Source: Lama guanicoe
Taxonomy: Eukaryota
NCBI GenBank assembly: GCA_013239625.1
Contig: MU054001.1
Location: forward strand, 3,698,167-3,762,166
Length of the DNA stretch: 64,000 nt
Reading direction: 5' to 3'
Position 1 is the first letter of the stretch. Each line of letters starts with the position of its first letter. This document shows, in pieces, positions 36,290 to 49,569 of the stretch. Both the position numbers and the translations under genes were made by a program. Below the pieces are notes generated by a model. That model made no database searches and was not told the DNA's origin. It worked only from the letters and a program-made list of their open reading frames with translations.

Positions 36290-36505
36290 CCCCTCACCCC
36301 TAGGGTCTGAGATGTGTGCTCCGCCCAACACCCACACGTCCCTAGCAGAAATAAGCTGCAGATGCCCACAATGGTAACTTCTTGGTTCTGCGTCTTTATC
36401 AGCTGTTTCCGAGCTCATTTCTCTCCCCTGTGAATGCTTCCTGGAAGCACCTCTCAAATAACCCCCTTCCCCTGGGATCCTGTTCTCAGGATTTCCTAAC
36501 CCAGA
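36290..36505 (+). mobile_element. LTR16-family fragment
   Basis: 'tgcttcctggaagcacctctcaaataacccccttcc...ttctcaggattt...aaccca'. Confidence 0.55.
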
Positions 36506-36534
36506 AGAAGGCACCCAGGAATCATCGATGGCTC

Positions 36535-37225
36535 CCCTCATTCTCTCTTACCCCACACCCAGACTGTTAGCAAATCAGCCCTCCCTTCAAAATATGTAGA
36601 GATCCAGCAGCTTTCCACTGCCACTGCTTTCCCCTTGGTCCAAGCCACGGTCATCGTTTGGACCCTCACAGTCCTTTCTCCACATACACAGCAACCAAAC
36701 AAAGAAAACTTAAACCAAGTCCCACCTCTGCTCAAAACCCTCCAAGGGCTTCCCAACACCTTCAGAATAAAATGCCAAGTCCTTAACCTAGTCTCTAAGG
36801 CCTTACAAAAATCTGACTCCTGGCCACCTCCCTGATCTTTCCATTCATCTCTCTCCCTCTCATTCACTCTGCTCCATTACTCTGGCCTCTTCACTATTCT
36901 TTATACATCCCTCACGTGTTCCTGCCTCAGGGCCTTTGCACTGGCTGTTGCACTTGTATAGACCACTGTCCCCTGAAATATCTACATGGCTCCTCCTCTC
37001 ACTACATTCAAGTCTCTACTCAAATCTGCATGATTAATGAGGTCTTCACTGTCTATCCTCCTTAAAATAGATCCTCTTGCAGTCCATTCCTTTGCCCTAC
37101 TATCCTGTATGTAGCCTAAATATTACATATTTACTTGCTTATTTGCTTTTGTTTGGGCTTTCCCAAGTAGAATGTCGTCTGCTCTGGCCTGTACCTAGCG
37201 CATATTAGTTATTTAATACACACTA
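36535..37225 (+). mobile_element. L2 LINE 3' region
   Basis: 'ggtccaagccac...ctctgctcaaaaccctccaagggcttccca...agaataaaatgccaagtcctta...cctgcctcagggcctttgcactggctgtt...ttcaagtctctactcaaat'. Confidence 0.92.
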
Positions 37226-37244
37226 ATTAGGGAAGGTAAAAAGG

Positions 37245-37610
37245 TCTTAGGCTGCCTGGGTTCAAATCTTGGCTGTTCCGTGTAACAGCTGTTTGACCTT
37301 GGGCAAGTCATTTTCCCTCCCCATGCCTCAGTCTCTCAACTACATCATAGGAATAAAAAATAAATAAATAAGAAGCAATAATAATAAAACCTATCTGATG
37401 AGATTCTTGTGGGAATCAGGTGAGGTAATTCACGTACAGTGCCTGGCAGGTATTCAAGTGCTTAATAAAGGGCAGCCACGTTTATCATTAGGGTGGCCAT
37501 GGGGCCTCAATTTCCCAATCTGTGAAATGAGACTGTTGGAAGAATTAAATGAGGGAGTGAGTGGAAATTGCTTGGCACATAGCCCTCTATAAAAATTAGT
37601 GATTATTTTT
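37245..37610 (+). mobile_element. Two adjacent MIR SINEs
   Basis: 'ctgcctgggttcaaatcttggct...gaccttgggcaagtca...cagtgcctggca...tgcttaataaa' followed by 'gcctcaatttcccaatctgtgaaatgag'. Confidence 0.85.
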
Positions 37611-38644
37611 TATAAATACACACGCACATGCGCGTGCACACACACACACACACACACGGCCCCTCTTAAAGTGCTATGCATTTCTACCTTCCATAGGCAG
37701 ATTCCCTGAGGGCCGGGAATTGGCATGAACAGAAGACTTCAAAGTCAGTGGTTGAAGAAGGACGGCTCCAATTTGTATCCACACTGGTTGCCTCTGAGCT
37801 GATGCCAGCACATTCTTTCTGGGAGTTTGCTCCTCCTGCAGACTGTGCAGCCCCTGGTCTCCAGCAGACAGGCAGCCTGGCGTCCCTGTAAAAGCCCCAC
37901 GCTGGCATCAGAACCCCAGCTGCACCCCCTCCGGAGCCCAGACCACCAGGCTGAGCAGCCCCTGTGTGATGTCGCTCCTTGTTTGCATCATTAGGTACAC
38001 AGTAATTATAATAATTATGTGCACTGCTTAGGGGACCATCCTCAGTAACGACCACTGCTATTCAGAAGTCATAATTGCTGCATCAAAACTTAAAATGAAG
38101 GCTAATTCGATGTCAGTTACTCCCGCCACCCCAGCTCACAGCCCTCGATGTAATCTCTATACCCAAGGTGCCCCATGGCTACCAGCCATCCTTGATGAAT
38201 CTGCAGAAACCAAAACAAAGAATTTGGTCCACCAGAGAGCGTGGCTGTGCCAGTGGGATTACAAGGAAACACGAGGATGCTTGAGGATGACTTGCAGGGG
38301 GTTGAATCGTTGAAAGGAATTTGAGGGTGAGAGGTGGCTGAAGAGGCTGGGCTGGGAGTCAGGAGATGGGGTTCAAGTCCTAGTGGTGTTAAAATCTTCT
38401 GCGATATGGAGCAAAGTTCCATGTCAGCGACGTTGGGAGGAGTTGACTTGGAGAAGCACCAATGGAGGCTTTTGTCCTAGAGATATTTTATAGCAGAGCA
38501 ATAAATAAAGAGATGCAACAGAGCTGCTTTGATAAAGGACACACAAGAGGGTCTAGAGACGCCCTGCCCTATGCCACCTCCACAGCACCTCTGAAATATC
38601 TCTGCGAACCCCCAGATTTCCAGGCATGTCAATGCTCTCCAAAG

Positions 38645-38805
38645 CACCAGTTCTCAAGCTTGCCCCACACTGGAATCCCTGGGGAGATTTAAAGACTGCT
38701 GAACTCCAGGGTTCTGATTTTGTTGGTCTGGGATGCAGCCTGGACACCAGGATTTTTTTAGTTGCCCAGGTGATGCTAAAATGTGGCCACATTTGAGAAG
38801 CACTG
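38645..38805. mobile_element. MER5-family hAT-Charlie MITE
   Basis: Terminal 'gttctcaa...ttgagaagcactg' and internal 'ttctgattttgttggtctgggatgcagcctgg...cccaggtgatgcta'. Confidence 0.85.
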
Positions 38806-40356
38806 TTCTATAATCTTGTATCTGGACTTTCAAAGGGACTCTGATCCTGCCCTCTCTGGACCTCAGTTTCCCCATTTTCCAAGTTAAAGTGTTGAATGTA
38901 ATGATCTCAAAGGGCCTCCCAGTTCTCAGTTTCCTTCAGATTGGGACCATGCCACAGCCTGGCATGCTGAGAGGGCCTGAACCAAGGCTGTTAGTGTCCC
39001 TTTTTTCCCGCCAAATGTTTGTATCCACTCCTACATGTGCCTGGCCTGGTTCATGTGCTATGGAATAAAAACCTAAGAAGAAGACAACTAAATACTCCTT
39101 ATGCTCTAAGCACTTTAGGGACCAACAGAGAACCATTTATTGGAAATTAAAGGATTAAGCAGAAACACACACACACACACGCACACACACACAAACCCTC
39201 AGCATTTGACTGCCCCAAAGATAAGCTACAGTTCTTGTAACTCAAATCCAGCATTTCTGCAGGTAGGTTGGGCAGAGCACTAATCCCACAAGGAGATGCT
39301 TAGGGAAGATCTGGACACACAGCAGGACATTCATTGATTCCTGCATGTTGGGGAGTCACAATGCAAGTGAACAGAGTAAGAATAATCCTGCAATAAATAA
39401 TCCTGTTTCACTCTGTTTAACCTCGAGTTCCCAAACTTCTTTGACTAGAGAACTCCACTCAGAGTCTTCAGAACTAGTGGTCCACTGAGCACAGATTGGA
39501 ACAGACAGAGGCACAGGCATGGACACCCTGTGAATGCGGTCTAGGGAATGGAGGACTAATTTTGAGCAGCTTTGGGCAGAACGTTGGTAACATTGCCACA
39601 AATCTGTCTGACTTTGGCTTCAGGAAAGACAACGTTCTCATGTGGTCCTGCAGGAAATGAAGACAAGCCATGGGTACATTTCAGGGAACGGGGGGGTGGG
39701 GGTGCAGCGCATACCAGCCAAAGCCTGTCTACACGGATGCAGAGTGGGGAGTCAGCAAGAAGAGGAGGCTATCCATCCAGAGGGGATTCAGACAGAAGCC
39801 CCTGTGTTACCCCCGTGAGAAGGGATGGGTAGTCAACAGCCCTCACTTGGATAGGTCAATTATTTGCAGTGCAACCTTCTACCACCTTTATAAAATTCCA
39901 GGTTTATAAAAAGTATCTTCAGGCAAACAAGAAATGGCTTGGACATCAGTAGCATCTCATGAGGAGGAAAACCTTGAGATAGCAGTGGCTGCCAAGTATC
40001 CCCAAAGTCCCTAATGCTTCACCTCTCCACCCTGGGTAGCCAGCCCCCCTCCCAAGTCATTCCTGAGTTTATGAAATCAAAGAGGGCTTCACAGAGGCAG
40101 TGGTAGTAAGTAGAGCCTTTGCAAATGGTGACTCCAAAAGGCAGTCACCTAGCTGGCTCCTTGGAGAAATTCATTCATGCGGCAGGATTTTTCTAGAGTG
40201 TGATTGCCCTCCTGATCTACAGATACCCCCAAAATCTCACACAGATCAGGAAAGGGGCTCAGAATGAGCCGCTCTCACCATGAAGCTGTCTTCCAAGGGC
40301 TGTCATGGGGTGCATGAGCCACAAACCAGCTCTGTGGGGCCAGGAGGAAAAACTGC

Positions 40357-40560
40357 ATATAATTCTTACATAGCACTCACTGCATACTAAGTACTGTTCT
40401 AAGTACTTCACAGGTATTATCTCATTCAATTCTCATCATAACCCTATCAGTTAGGTACTACTATTATCTCCATTTTGCAGATGATGAAACTGAGGCAAGG
40501 AGAAATTAGGCAAGCTGCCCTAAGCTCCTTTCCATAGCTGGAACATGGTAAGAACCACAG
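40357..40560 (-). mobile_element. MIR SINE
   Basis: 'actgttctaagtacttcacaggtattatctcattcaattctcatcataaccctat...ctccattttgcagatgatgaaactgaggca'. Confidence 0.92.
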
Positions 40561-42689
40561 TGTAGGAGTCTTCTTTTCTCAAGTTTTTCCCTTGAGCACT
40601 TCACCAGCCTGAACTCCAGGTTTTCGAGGAAAGACACTGGAATAGAGGAGCTACTTAAATGCTGGGAACCAGAAACTTCTGTTGGGATCCCCTGACAATC
40701 CTTGACCAACAGAGGTGCTGTGCATGTGCAGAGCAAGACACTGTGAGGCCAGCTGAGGGCTGATGCTGAGGCTGATTCATGAACATCAGAGGTTACACCA
40801 TGCAGGGAGCTCTGGCCCAGCTAGAGTGACGAGATCCTCACTGAAGACCTCAGGCACACAGCTGAGAAACTGGAAAGTCTATGCATTAGAAGAACCACAT
40901 CCTAGAGTAAAGACCATGTCCTAAGACTGAAGACGAAACCTACATAGACCCATCATAACAAAAAATAAAATAAAGCCAAATAGAATCAAGAGAATCCACC
41001 AATAATTTAACTGGCCACCAGAACAGAACTCAACACCACCTAAAAGAAGACAGCAAAATCCACATTATCCAAAATGCAATAAAAAGTTGCTACATGTGTA
41101 TGCAAAAAACAAAACAAAACAAAGTAAACAACAACAAAAACACACACAGGAAAAGTGACCCAAAATTAAGGAGAAAAGCAGATAATAGAAACAGATCTTG
41201 ATAAGTTAGAAGTTGGAATTAACAAACAACTATCTTAAAACAGGTATTATAAATGTGTTAAAGAGCTTAAAGGAAAATATAAACATGAAGAATTTTAAAA
41301 ATGGGGACTCTCAAATACAAACCATAAAAGAGAACCAAATGGAAATTCTGGAACTGAGAAGTTTCATGACTGAAATGAAATAGTCTCTAGATGGTCTAAA
41401 AAATCAGATTGGAGGTGGCAGAAGAAAGCTAGGAAACTTGAAGACAGATCAGCAGAAATTACCCAATTTGAAGAACAGAAGCAGGAAAAAAAAAGTTAAA
41501 AAAGATTAACTGATCCTCAGCTACTGTGAAACAATATTCAGCGGTCTAAAATAGATGCTATTGAAGTCCTAGCAGGATAAGAGAGACAGAGAGGCAGAAT
41601 AAAATATTTGAAGGAATATTTTTCAAATTTGATGAAAAGCATCATCTGAGAGATCCAAGAAGCTCCGGAGACCCTTCCCCCACATAAATGTAAATAAAAG
41701 AAAGTCACACATAGGCATTTTGTAGTCAAAGTGCTAAAAAGAAAAAGTAAAAGATGTATCTAAAAAGCAGAGAAAAAATACAGTACATGCAAGTAATAAT
41801 GACATAATTGATAAGTAATCTCATCAGAAAGCATGCAGATAGGAAAAAAAAAAGGAATGATGTCTTTAAGATGCTGAAAGGAAAAAAAAAGCTATCAATC
41901 CAGAATTGTATATCTAGCAAAAATATGCTTCAAAATGATGGTGAAAGAAAGACATTTTCAGATAAATAAAAGCTTAGAGAATCCACTGTCAGCAGGTCTG
42001 CACTATAGAAAAGAAATACTTTTAAAAATGTCTTTAGGCTGGGAGCTAAATAAATCAGATGGCAAGTCAGATTTTGAGGAAGGAGTGAAGAGAGCTGGAA
42101 ATGGTAAACATGTGATTAAGTGTAAAAGACTATTTTTTTCTTCTCTTTGGCTTTGTAATAGACAACCGACTAGTCAAAGCAGAAATAATAACATTGTTTT
42201 GTGAAGTTTATAACATATGTAGAAGACAGATGATGATAACAGTGATGATGATGATAATAGATAGATAGATAGATAGATAAAGATATACAAAAATAATAAC
42301 ACAAAGAACAGGGAATAATAAATAAAACTGTAGCATTTAAGGTTCTTACATTTCAGGTAAAGTGACAGAATATTAACTCTAAGTAAAGTTAAAAATAAAA
42401 AGAGATAGAGTTTAAAAAAAGAATAGAGGAAATAAAATGGAATTTTAAATTATTCTATATGCCCAAATTAAAGCAGAAAGGGAGACAGGAAGAAAAAGAA
42501 ATAGGCCAAGTTGAAAATAAATAGTAAGATGACAGATTTAAACCCAACTGTATTAAGAACATCAGATGTCAATGTTCTCCACTCCAATTTACAAGCAGAT
42601 ATTGTTATTCTGATTCAGACAAGCAAGGCCAACTTTACTCCAACAAAAGAAACAGTTAAAATATTAAGACCAATTAAAAAGAGGGAAAA

Positions 42690-43660
42690 GTGTAAGAGGG
42701 TTTCCTTTTCTCCACACCCTCTCCAGCACTTATTGCTTGGGACTTTTTTTAATGATGGCCATTCTGACTGGTGTGAGGTGATTCCTCATTGTAGTTTTGA
42801 TTTGCATTTCTCTGATAATTAGTGATATTGAGCAGTTTTTCATGTGCCTATTGGCCATTTGAATGTTTTCATTGGAGAGTTGCTTGTGTAGGATTTCTGC
42901 CCATTTTTGGATTGGGTTGTTTATGAAAAATAGTATGGAGACTCCTCAAAATTAGATTTACCATGTAATCCAGCAATCCCACTCCAGGGCATATATCCAG
43001 AGGAAATCTTAATTCAAAAAGATACATGCACCCCAATATTCATAACAGCACTATTTACAATAGCCAAGACATGGAAGCAATCTAAGTGCCCATCAACAGA
43101 TGACTGGATAAAGTTGTGGTATGTGTATGTATGTATATATTATATACACACATACACACACATACATACATACAATGGAATACTACTCAGCCATAAAGAA
43201 AAATGGAATAATGCCATTTGCAGCAACATGGATTGACCTGGAGATTGTCATTCTAAGTGAAGTAAGCCCAGAAAGAGAAAGAAAAATACCATGTAATATC
43301 ACTTATATGTGGAATATTTTAAAAAAAGATGAACTTATTTACAAAGCAGAAACAGACTCACAGACATAGAAAACAAACTTATGGCTATGAGAGGGGTAGA
43401 GGGTAGGAAGGGATAAATTGGGAGTTTGACATTTGCAGATAATAATTAGTATATATATATAAAATAGATAAACAAGAAGTTCAGACTGTATAGCACAGGG
43501 GACTATATTCAATATGTTGTAGTAACTTATGGTGAAAAAGAATATGAAAACAAATATATGTATGTTCATGTATGACTGAAGCATTGTGCTGTACACCAGA
43601 AATTGACGCAACATTGTAAGTTGACTATATTTCAATAAATAAATATATATATACAAAAAA
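42690..43660 (+). mobile_element. Lineage-specific L1 with a 5' inversion (42690-42921 antisense, 42922-43660 sense)
   Basis: Antisense ORF2 'gtgtaagagggtttccttttctccacacc...cccatttttggattgggttgtt' is joined to sense 'tatgaaaaatagtatggag...'. The 3'UTR is the same type as in 5535-6135; AATAAA at 43634. Confidence 0.92.
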
Positions 43661-43679
43661 GAAAGAATATTCTAAAGAA

Positions 43680-44735
43680 TCCACAAAAATATGGGAAATT
43701 TTTATGCATCAAACAACACTGTCAAGAGAGTGAGAAAAACAACCTACAAAATGGAAAAAAATATTTATAAATCATATATCTGATAAGGGTTTGGTATCCA
43801 GAAAGTATTATCTTGCAACTCAACAATCAAAAGGTAAGCAACTCAGTTAAAATGTGGGCAAAAGACTTGAATAGATACTTTTCTAAAGAAGATATGTAAA
43901 TTAACAGTAAGCAATGAAATGAAGCTCAATGTCATTACCAGTCATGGAAGGGCAAGTCAAAATCACAGTAAGATAGCACTTCACACCAACGAGCTTGGCT
44001 ATACTTGACAACAACAACAAAGAAAACTAGAAAATAACAAGTAATGGTGATGATGTAGATAATTTGGAGTCTTTGTACATTGCCAGTGGGAATGTAAACT
44101 GATACAGCAATTTGGAAATCATTTTGGCCATTCCTCAAGTAAGTTAAACACAGCTAACTTATTGTTAAACCATATGACGTAGAAATTCCATTCCTAAGTA
44201 TGTGCCTAAGAGCGTTGAAAGCAAGTGTTCAAATAAAAATTGTCCACAAATGTTCACAGAAGCACTATTCATGATAACCAAAAGGTAGAAATAGCCAAAT
44301 GTCCATAAACTAATGAACGAATAAATGAAATACAGCATCTCCATGCAATGGGATATAATTTAGCCAAAAAAAAAAAAATGAAGTAGTCACATAGACTACA
44401 ACATAGATGAACTTTGAAAACATTATGCTAAGTGAGAGAAGCCCAGCACAAAAGGTCATATATTGTATAATTCATTCATATGAAATATCCAGAATAAACA
44501 AATGCATAGAGACATAAAACAGATAACTGGTTGCCAGGGGCCAGGAGCAGGAGGGGATGGGGAGTGGCTGCTTAATGTGTATGAGATTTGCTTCTGGGGT
44601 GATGAAAATGTTCTGGAGCTGGATAGCAGTAATGGTCACACAACATTGTGTATGTACTAAATACTACGGAAATGTACACTTTATAACGGTTACAGTGGTG
44701 AATTTTATGCTATGTGTACTTTAATACAATAAAAA
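43680..44735 (+). mobile_element. L1MB-type 3' end nested in the older L1
   Basis: 'atcatatatctgataaggg...gaactttgaaaacattatgctaagtgagagaagcc...ggggtgatgaaaatgttctggagctggatag...aattttatgctatgtgtactttaatacaataaaaa'. Confidence 0.88.
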
Positions 44736-47365
44736 TGGTGACATACCACAAAACACAGACACAGATATTACAATAAAAGGAAATTGTGCAGTAGGTACAA
44801 TCTCCCTCTTATACAGTGAAATAATTAACAAAATATTAGCAAATAGAATCTAGCAACACGTAAAAAAGGGTAACACATCATGGCAACAAAGTGGGATTTA
44901 TCGCTGTATGTAAGATTGATCTAATATTTGAAAGGCATACACTGTAAGTTACTACATTAACAAAATAAAGGAGAAAACCCATAGGATCATCTTAATAGAT
45001 TTATCAAAAAGCATTTGACGAACTTTAATACCCATTCAAAAACTTGTAGCAAACTGGCAAACCACAATTAGAAGGTAATGTCCTCTATCTAATAAAGGAA
45101 AACAAAACAAAAACAAACAACAACAAAAGAAATTCTGCAACAAGTGTCATACTAAATATACTATAATGGGGAAGTACTGAGTCCTTCTTCCCTGAGATCA
45201 AGAATAAGGCAAGTATGTCTGTTCTCAGCATCTCTATTCAACATTGTTTTGGAGATCCTGACAGCAATAGAGTAAGAAAAAGAATTGGAAGGCATATATA
45301 TTGGAAAGAAAAAATTGCATTTATCTACAGATTACATGATTATTTACATGGGAAAATCCTAAAGAATCTACCAAAAACAACATTAGAACTAATAAGTTAA
45401 TTTAGTAAGGCTGCAGGCTATAAGATCAATATACAAAAACCAACTATATTTTTATAGAGTAGTAAATATAATGCTGCAATTGTAAAATAAAATTCTACAA
45501 TAATACTGCTTGCAATAATATGAAAACATAAATAAAGATGAATGTAACAAAATGTGGACCAAAACTCTACACAGAAAAGTATAAAACTTTTGAGAGAAAT
45601 GGAAGAGGCTGTAAATAAATGGGCAGATAAAACATGTTCATGAGTTGGAAAATCAATATTGTTAAGATGTCCATTCTCAACAAGTTATATAAATATTCAA
45701 CACAATATTAATCAAAATAATAGGAAGTTTATTTTTGTTTAAATGTACAAGTTGATTCTGAAATTTATATGGAAAGCCAAAGGACCTTGAATAGCAAAAC
45801 AATCTAGAGGAAAAAAGACCAAGATTGAAGAACTCATACTACTTCATTTCAAGATTTACTATAAACCTATAGTAATCAAGACAGTGTGGTAATGAAAAGT
45901 ATAGCCAAATATATCACTAGAATAGACTAGAGAGCCCAGGATTTGACTCACACATATACAATCATTTGATTCTCAATAAAGTCATTAAAGAAATTCAATG
46001 AAGAAAGGAAAGTGTTTACAACAAATAGTGCTGAGACAACTGGATAAACACAGAGGATAGAAGGAATCTCAACCCTACCTCACACCGTACACAAAAATTG
46101 AGACAGAGCGTAGACCTAAATGTGAAAGCTTAAACTATAAAAAAAAAGATGAAAGCATAGAAGAATATCCTCATTATCCTTCAGGTAGGCAAAGGTTTAA
46201 GTGACAGGACCCAGAAAGTAATAACTACAAAGAAAAGTAATAATCACTTAGACTCCATCAAATAAAAGAACTATTCATCAAAAGGCATCATTAAGAATAT
46301 AAATAGGCAAACCATGAACTGTGAGACACTATTTGGAAAACATACCTGACGAAGGACATGATATATAAAGAATTCCTACAACTCAATGACAAGAATGCAA
46401 ACAATCCAATAAGTAACAGGCACAAGATTTGAATAGATACTTCACCAAAGAACATATATGAATAGCTAAATATGTGTAAATGAAATGCTTAACATCACTG
46501 ATCTTCAGGAAAATACAAATTAAAACCACAATAAGATACAGCTACACATCCACCATAATGGCTGAAATTAAAGACTGACAACACCAAATATTGGCAAAAA
46601 TGTGGCGCAGCTAGAAGTCTTCACACTTTGGTGGTGGGAGCATAAATTGGTACAACCACTCTAGATAAATGTCTGAAGTAAATATATATCCACCCAATGA
46701 CCAAGTAATTCCACTCCAAGGAAGTACTTACTCAAGGTAAATGGAAAGATATGTGCTCCAGAATACTTGTATAAAAATGTTCATAGAAGTTTTAATCACA
46801 CTAGCCCCAAACTGGAAACCATCCAAATGTCTATTAATAGGAGAATTATAAACATATTATGGAAAGTTCAGCAAATTAAACTGATAAACCACTGTTATTA
46901 AACATGGGTGGATCTCCAAAACATAATGTTGGGCAAAGGAAGCCAAATACAAAAGACTACATATATATAATTGTATAAAGTTCAAAAACAGGGAAAGCAA
47001 ACTTTTGTTGATTTAAATGAGAACTCTGATTGACTATGGTGGTAGGAGAAGGAATTGAACCGGGAGGGGGCTCAGGAAATTCTCTGAGGTGGTTCTGTGC
47101 CTTGATTGAAGCATTAGTTACATACTTGTCAAAATTCAGATCTTAAGATCTATGCATTCAGCCTCAAGATCTATGCAATTCAGTGTCTGAAATTTTATCT
47201 CAGTGTTTTACAAGCATGTATTACACACACACACACAAAGCCAGAGTGTAATCTGCCTATGCTCCTTGTCCTCTCTATGGCCCTACCCAGTTTCCAGAAC
47301 CTATCACATCCACAAAGTGGTTTCAAAGATTTCACTCAGATCTCTAGGAAATAGAGAAGAGATTA

Positions 47366-47858
47366 CAAGCTCACTTTGTTTTATTGTGCTTTGGTTTATT
47401 GAACTTCACAGATAGTTCATTTTTTTACAAACTAAAGGTTTGCAGTAACCCTGTCTCAAGCTACTGGTGCCAACTCTATTGGCAACAACTCTACTCACGC
47501 CATTTTTCCAACAATATTTGCTCACTTTGTGTCTCTGTGTCCATTTTGGTAATTTCACAATATTTCAGACTTTTTCATTATTATCTTATTTGTTACAGTG
47601 ATCTGTGATCAGCGATCTTTGATGTTACTGTTGTAATGGTTTTGGCATTTTTTAGCAATAATGTATTTTTAATTAAGGTATGCACCTTTTTTAAGCCATA
47701 ATGTGATTGCATACTTACTAGATTACAGCAGAGCGTAATACAGCATTTATATGCACTAGGAAACCAGACTATTTGTGTGACTTTCTTTATTGTGATATTT
47801 GCTTTACTGTGTTGTATTCTGGAACTGAAGCCACAATATCTCCGCTGTGTGCACTCTG
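47366..47858 (+). mobile_element. Tigger1-derived internally deleted element (TcMar-Tigger MITE)
   Basis: After TA: 'caagctcactttgttttattgtgctttggtttattgaacttcacagata...gtgatctgtgatcagcgatctttgatgttact' (Tigger1 5' end), joined to 'gcattttttagcaataa...atgcactaggaaacca...caatatctccg' (Tigger1 3' end). No transposase. Confidence 0.9.
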
Positions 47859-48007
47859 TTTCACAAATGAAGAACTTGTGAATAAACCAAAATGCAGGTA
47901 TCTAAAGGTGGGTAAGAAGCAGCAGTAGCAGCAGCAATGCTAATACTCACACCTTTCTATTTAGTAATGAAAATACAGCCAGCCATGCAGTATTTTATTT
48001 CATTCAT

Positions 48008-48896
48008 TACGCACGCCGGAGCTGGCCCATACTAGCTTGCCAGAGTCAACTGTTATATTTTCCCCCCAAAATCGTGAGTAGACTGTTAAACAGAGCCATT
48101 CTTAACGATGAAATTATATAATGTACAATTAAATGAATTATATTAAAAATAAAAATTATAATACTCAAAACTTGTCACTTTCTAATTATTTTACCACTAT
48201 CTGTGCTCTTAAGGTTATTTATATTGATTGTGGTGAAAACAAGATATATCTGTGTGCTACTGCCCTCTCTTCTGGGCTCCAAGTTCAGTGACATTAAGCT
48301 GATAGCCTGAAATTGGCCATAGCAGGAGTATTTACACCATAAGAATCAGCAAACACTAGACAGCAGGGGTTGACCTACTGTTTTGTTGATTGTCTAGACT
48401 TGCGGAACTGACGAAAAAAACGATTATAATGTATATTAAACTTAAAAGTAAGTCGTGTCTGTAGCCACTATATTGCTAGTAGCACAAAAAATGAGGAAAT
48501 AGTCTTCTAATACTAAAAAATTATTACTCAATTCAGCAAGAAGTCACTCATGTCACTCACAAATGAGTGACGTTCTGGTATACGTATTAGTTGCTTCACT
48601 TTGCAGAACTACGCTCATCCATCAGTTTCAACCACAGGTTGTTTATGAATTGGAGAGTTTGGCAAAAACCAACAAAAGCATTCTGGGAGCATCAAGTATA
48701 CAAAACTTACAATATACAACTATACAAAATTTACAATAAAAGTACCATATGGCTTATTACTATCTGTAAATTGTGTGCTACATTCCTTTACATAAGTAAA
48801 TTTTACTATACACATATATAATAAATATATACACACACACACAAACACACAATTTTTTTCATCAAGCTAGTTGGTAAACAAATACCAGCACAATCT
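48008..48896 (+). mobile_element. MER63-family (hAT-Blackjack) element
   Basis: 'ggagctggcccatactagcttgccagagtc...aatactcaaaacttgtcactttctaattatttt...gaaattggccatagcaggagtatttacacca...taccagcaca'. Confidence 0.8.
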
Positions 48897-49569
48897 CATT
48901 TAGTCTCAACACAAACATGCAAGGTAGAAATATTATGTATTTTTCATGGAAAGGAAAAGGAATCTCAGAAAGGTTAAGTAACTTGCTCAAGGTCAGAGCT
49001 GACTGGCTCCAAAACCCAAATTTTTACTCATCACATGAAAAAAACAGCTTGACCAAAATCACAATTCTTAGAGCCATGACTTTCCATTGCTAGAAAGGAT
49101 CTCGGGGATCACATAGCCCAGGTCTCTCCTGCTCCCACTTTACAGCTGGGAAAACTGAGTCTCAGAGAAGGGAGACTCTCCCCCAAAGTGGATGACTGGG
49201 GACACGGCTGGAGCATATTCTGCCCTGGTGGACAGGCAGGAAGGGGTTCGATGGCCTCCTTCCCTCCCAGCTCACTAGTCTCCAAGCAAACATCCAAAGA
49301 CATTTTCCAGTGAAGCCAGAGTGAGTCTTACTGCAGAGTCAGGTTAGCGAGCAACATAAATCAAATCAAGCTTTTCCTCCAAGTCCCCATTCAGCAGGCC
49401 TGGCCAGAAAATCAGTCCCAAATATTCTTGGTTCACCCAAGAGCCCAGGAGGATTCCCTGGGGCCCAGCAAAGGGGGAAACCTTGACATTGTGAGTCACT
49501 CTTGAGCGTGGTATCTTTCAGCCAGACACCAGTCCCAGGGCGCTGGTTTCCCAGGAAGGCTGGATGCTC

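Larger units (their letters stand above)
40700..47200 (+). mobile_element. Ancient L1 (L1MC/MD-like): 5' region, decayed ORF1, inter-ORF, deleted ORF2 and 3' end, interrupted by two younger L1 insertions
   Basis: A-rich sense strand. ORF1-like sequence at 41150-42130 ('aaccaaatggaaattctggaactgagaag', 'tcaatccagaattgtatatctagcaaaaatatgcttcaaaatga'). ORF2/RT-like sequence at 44800-46900 ('aaaagcatttgac', 'ccctgagatcaagaataaggcaag', 'gtaatcaagacagtgtgg'). Many stops and frameshifts. Confidence 0.9.
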
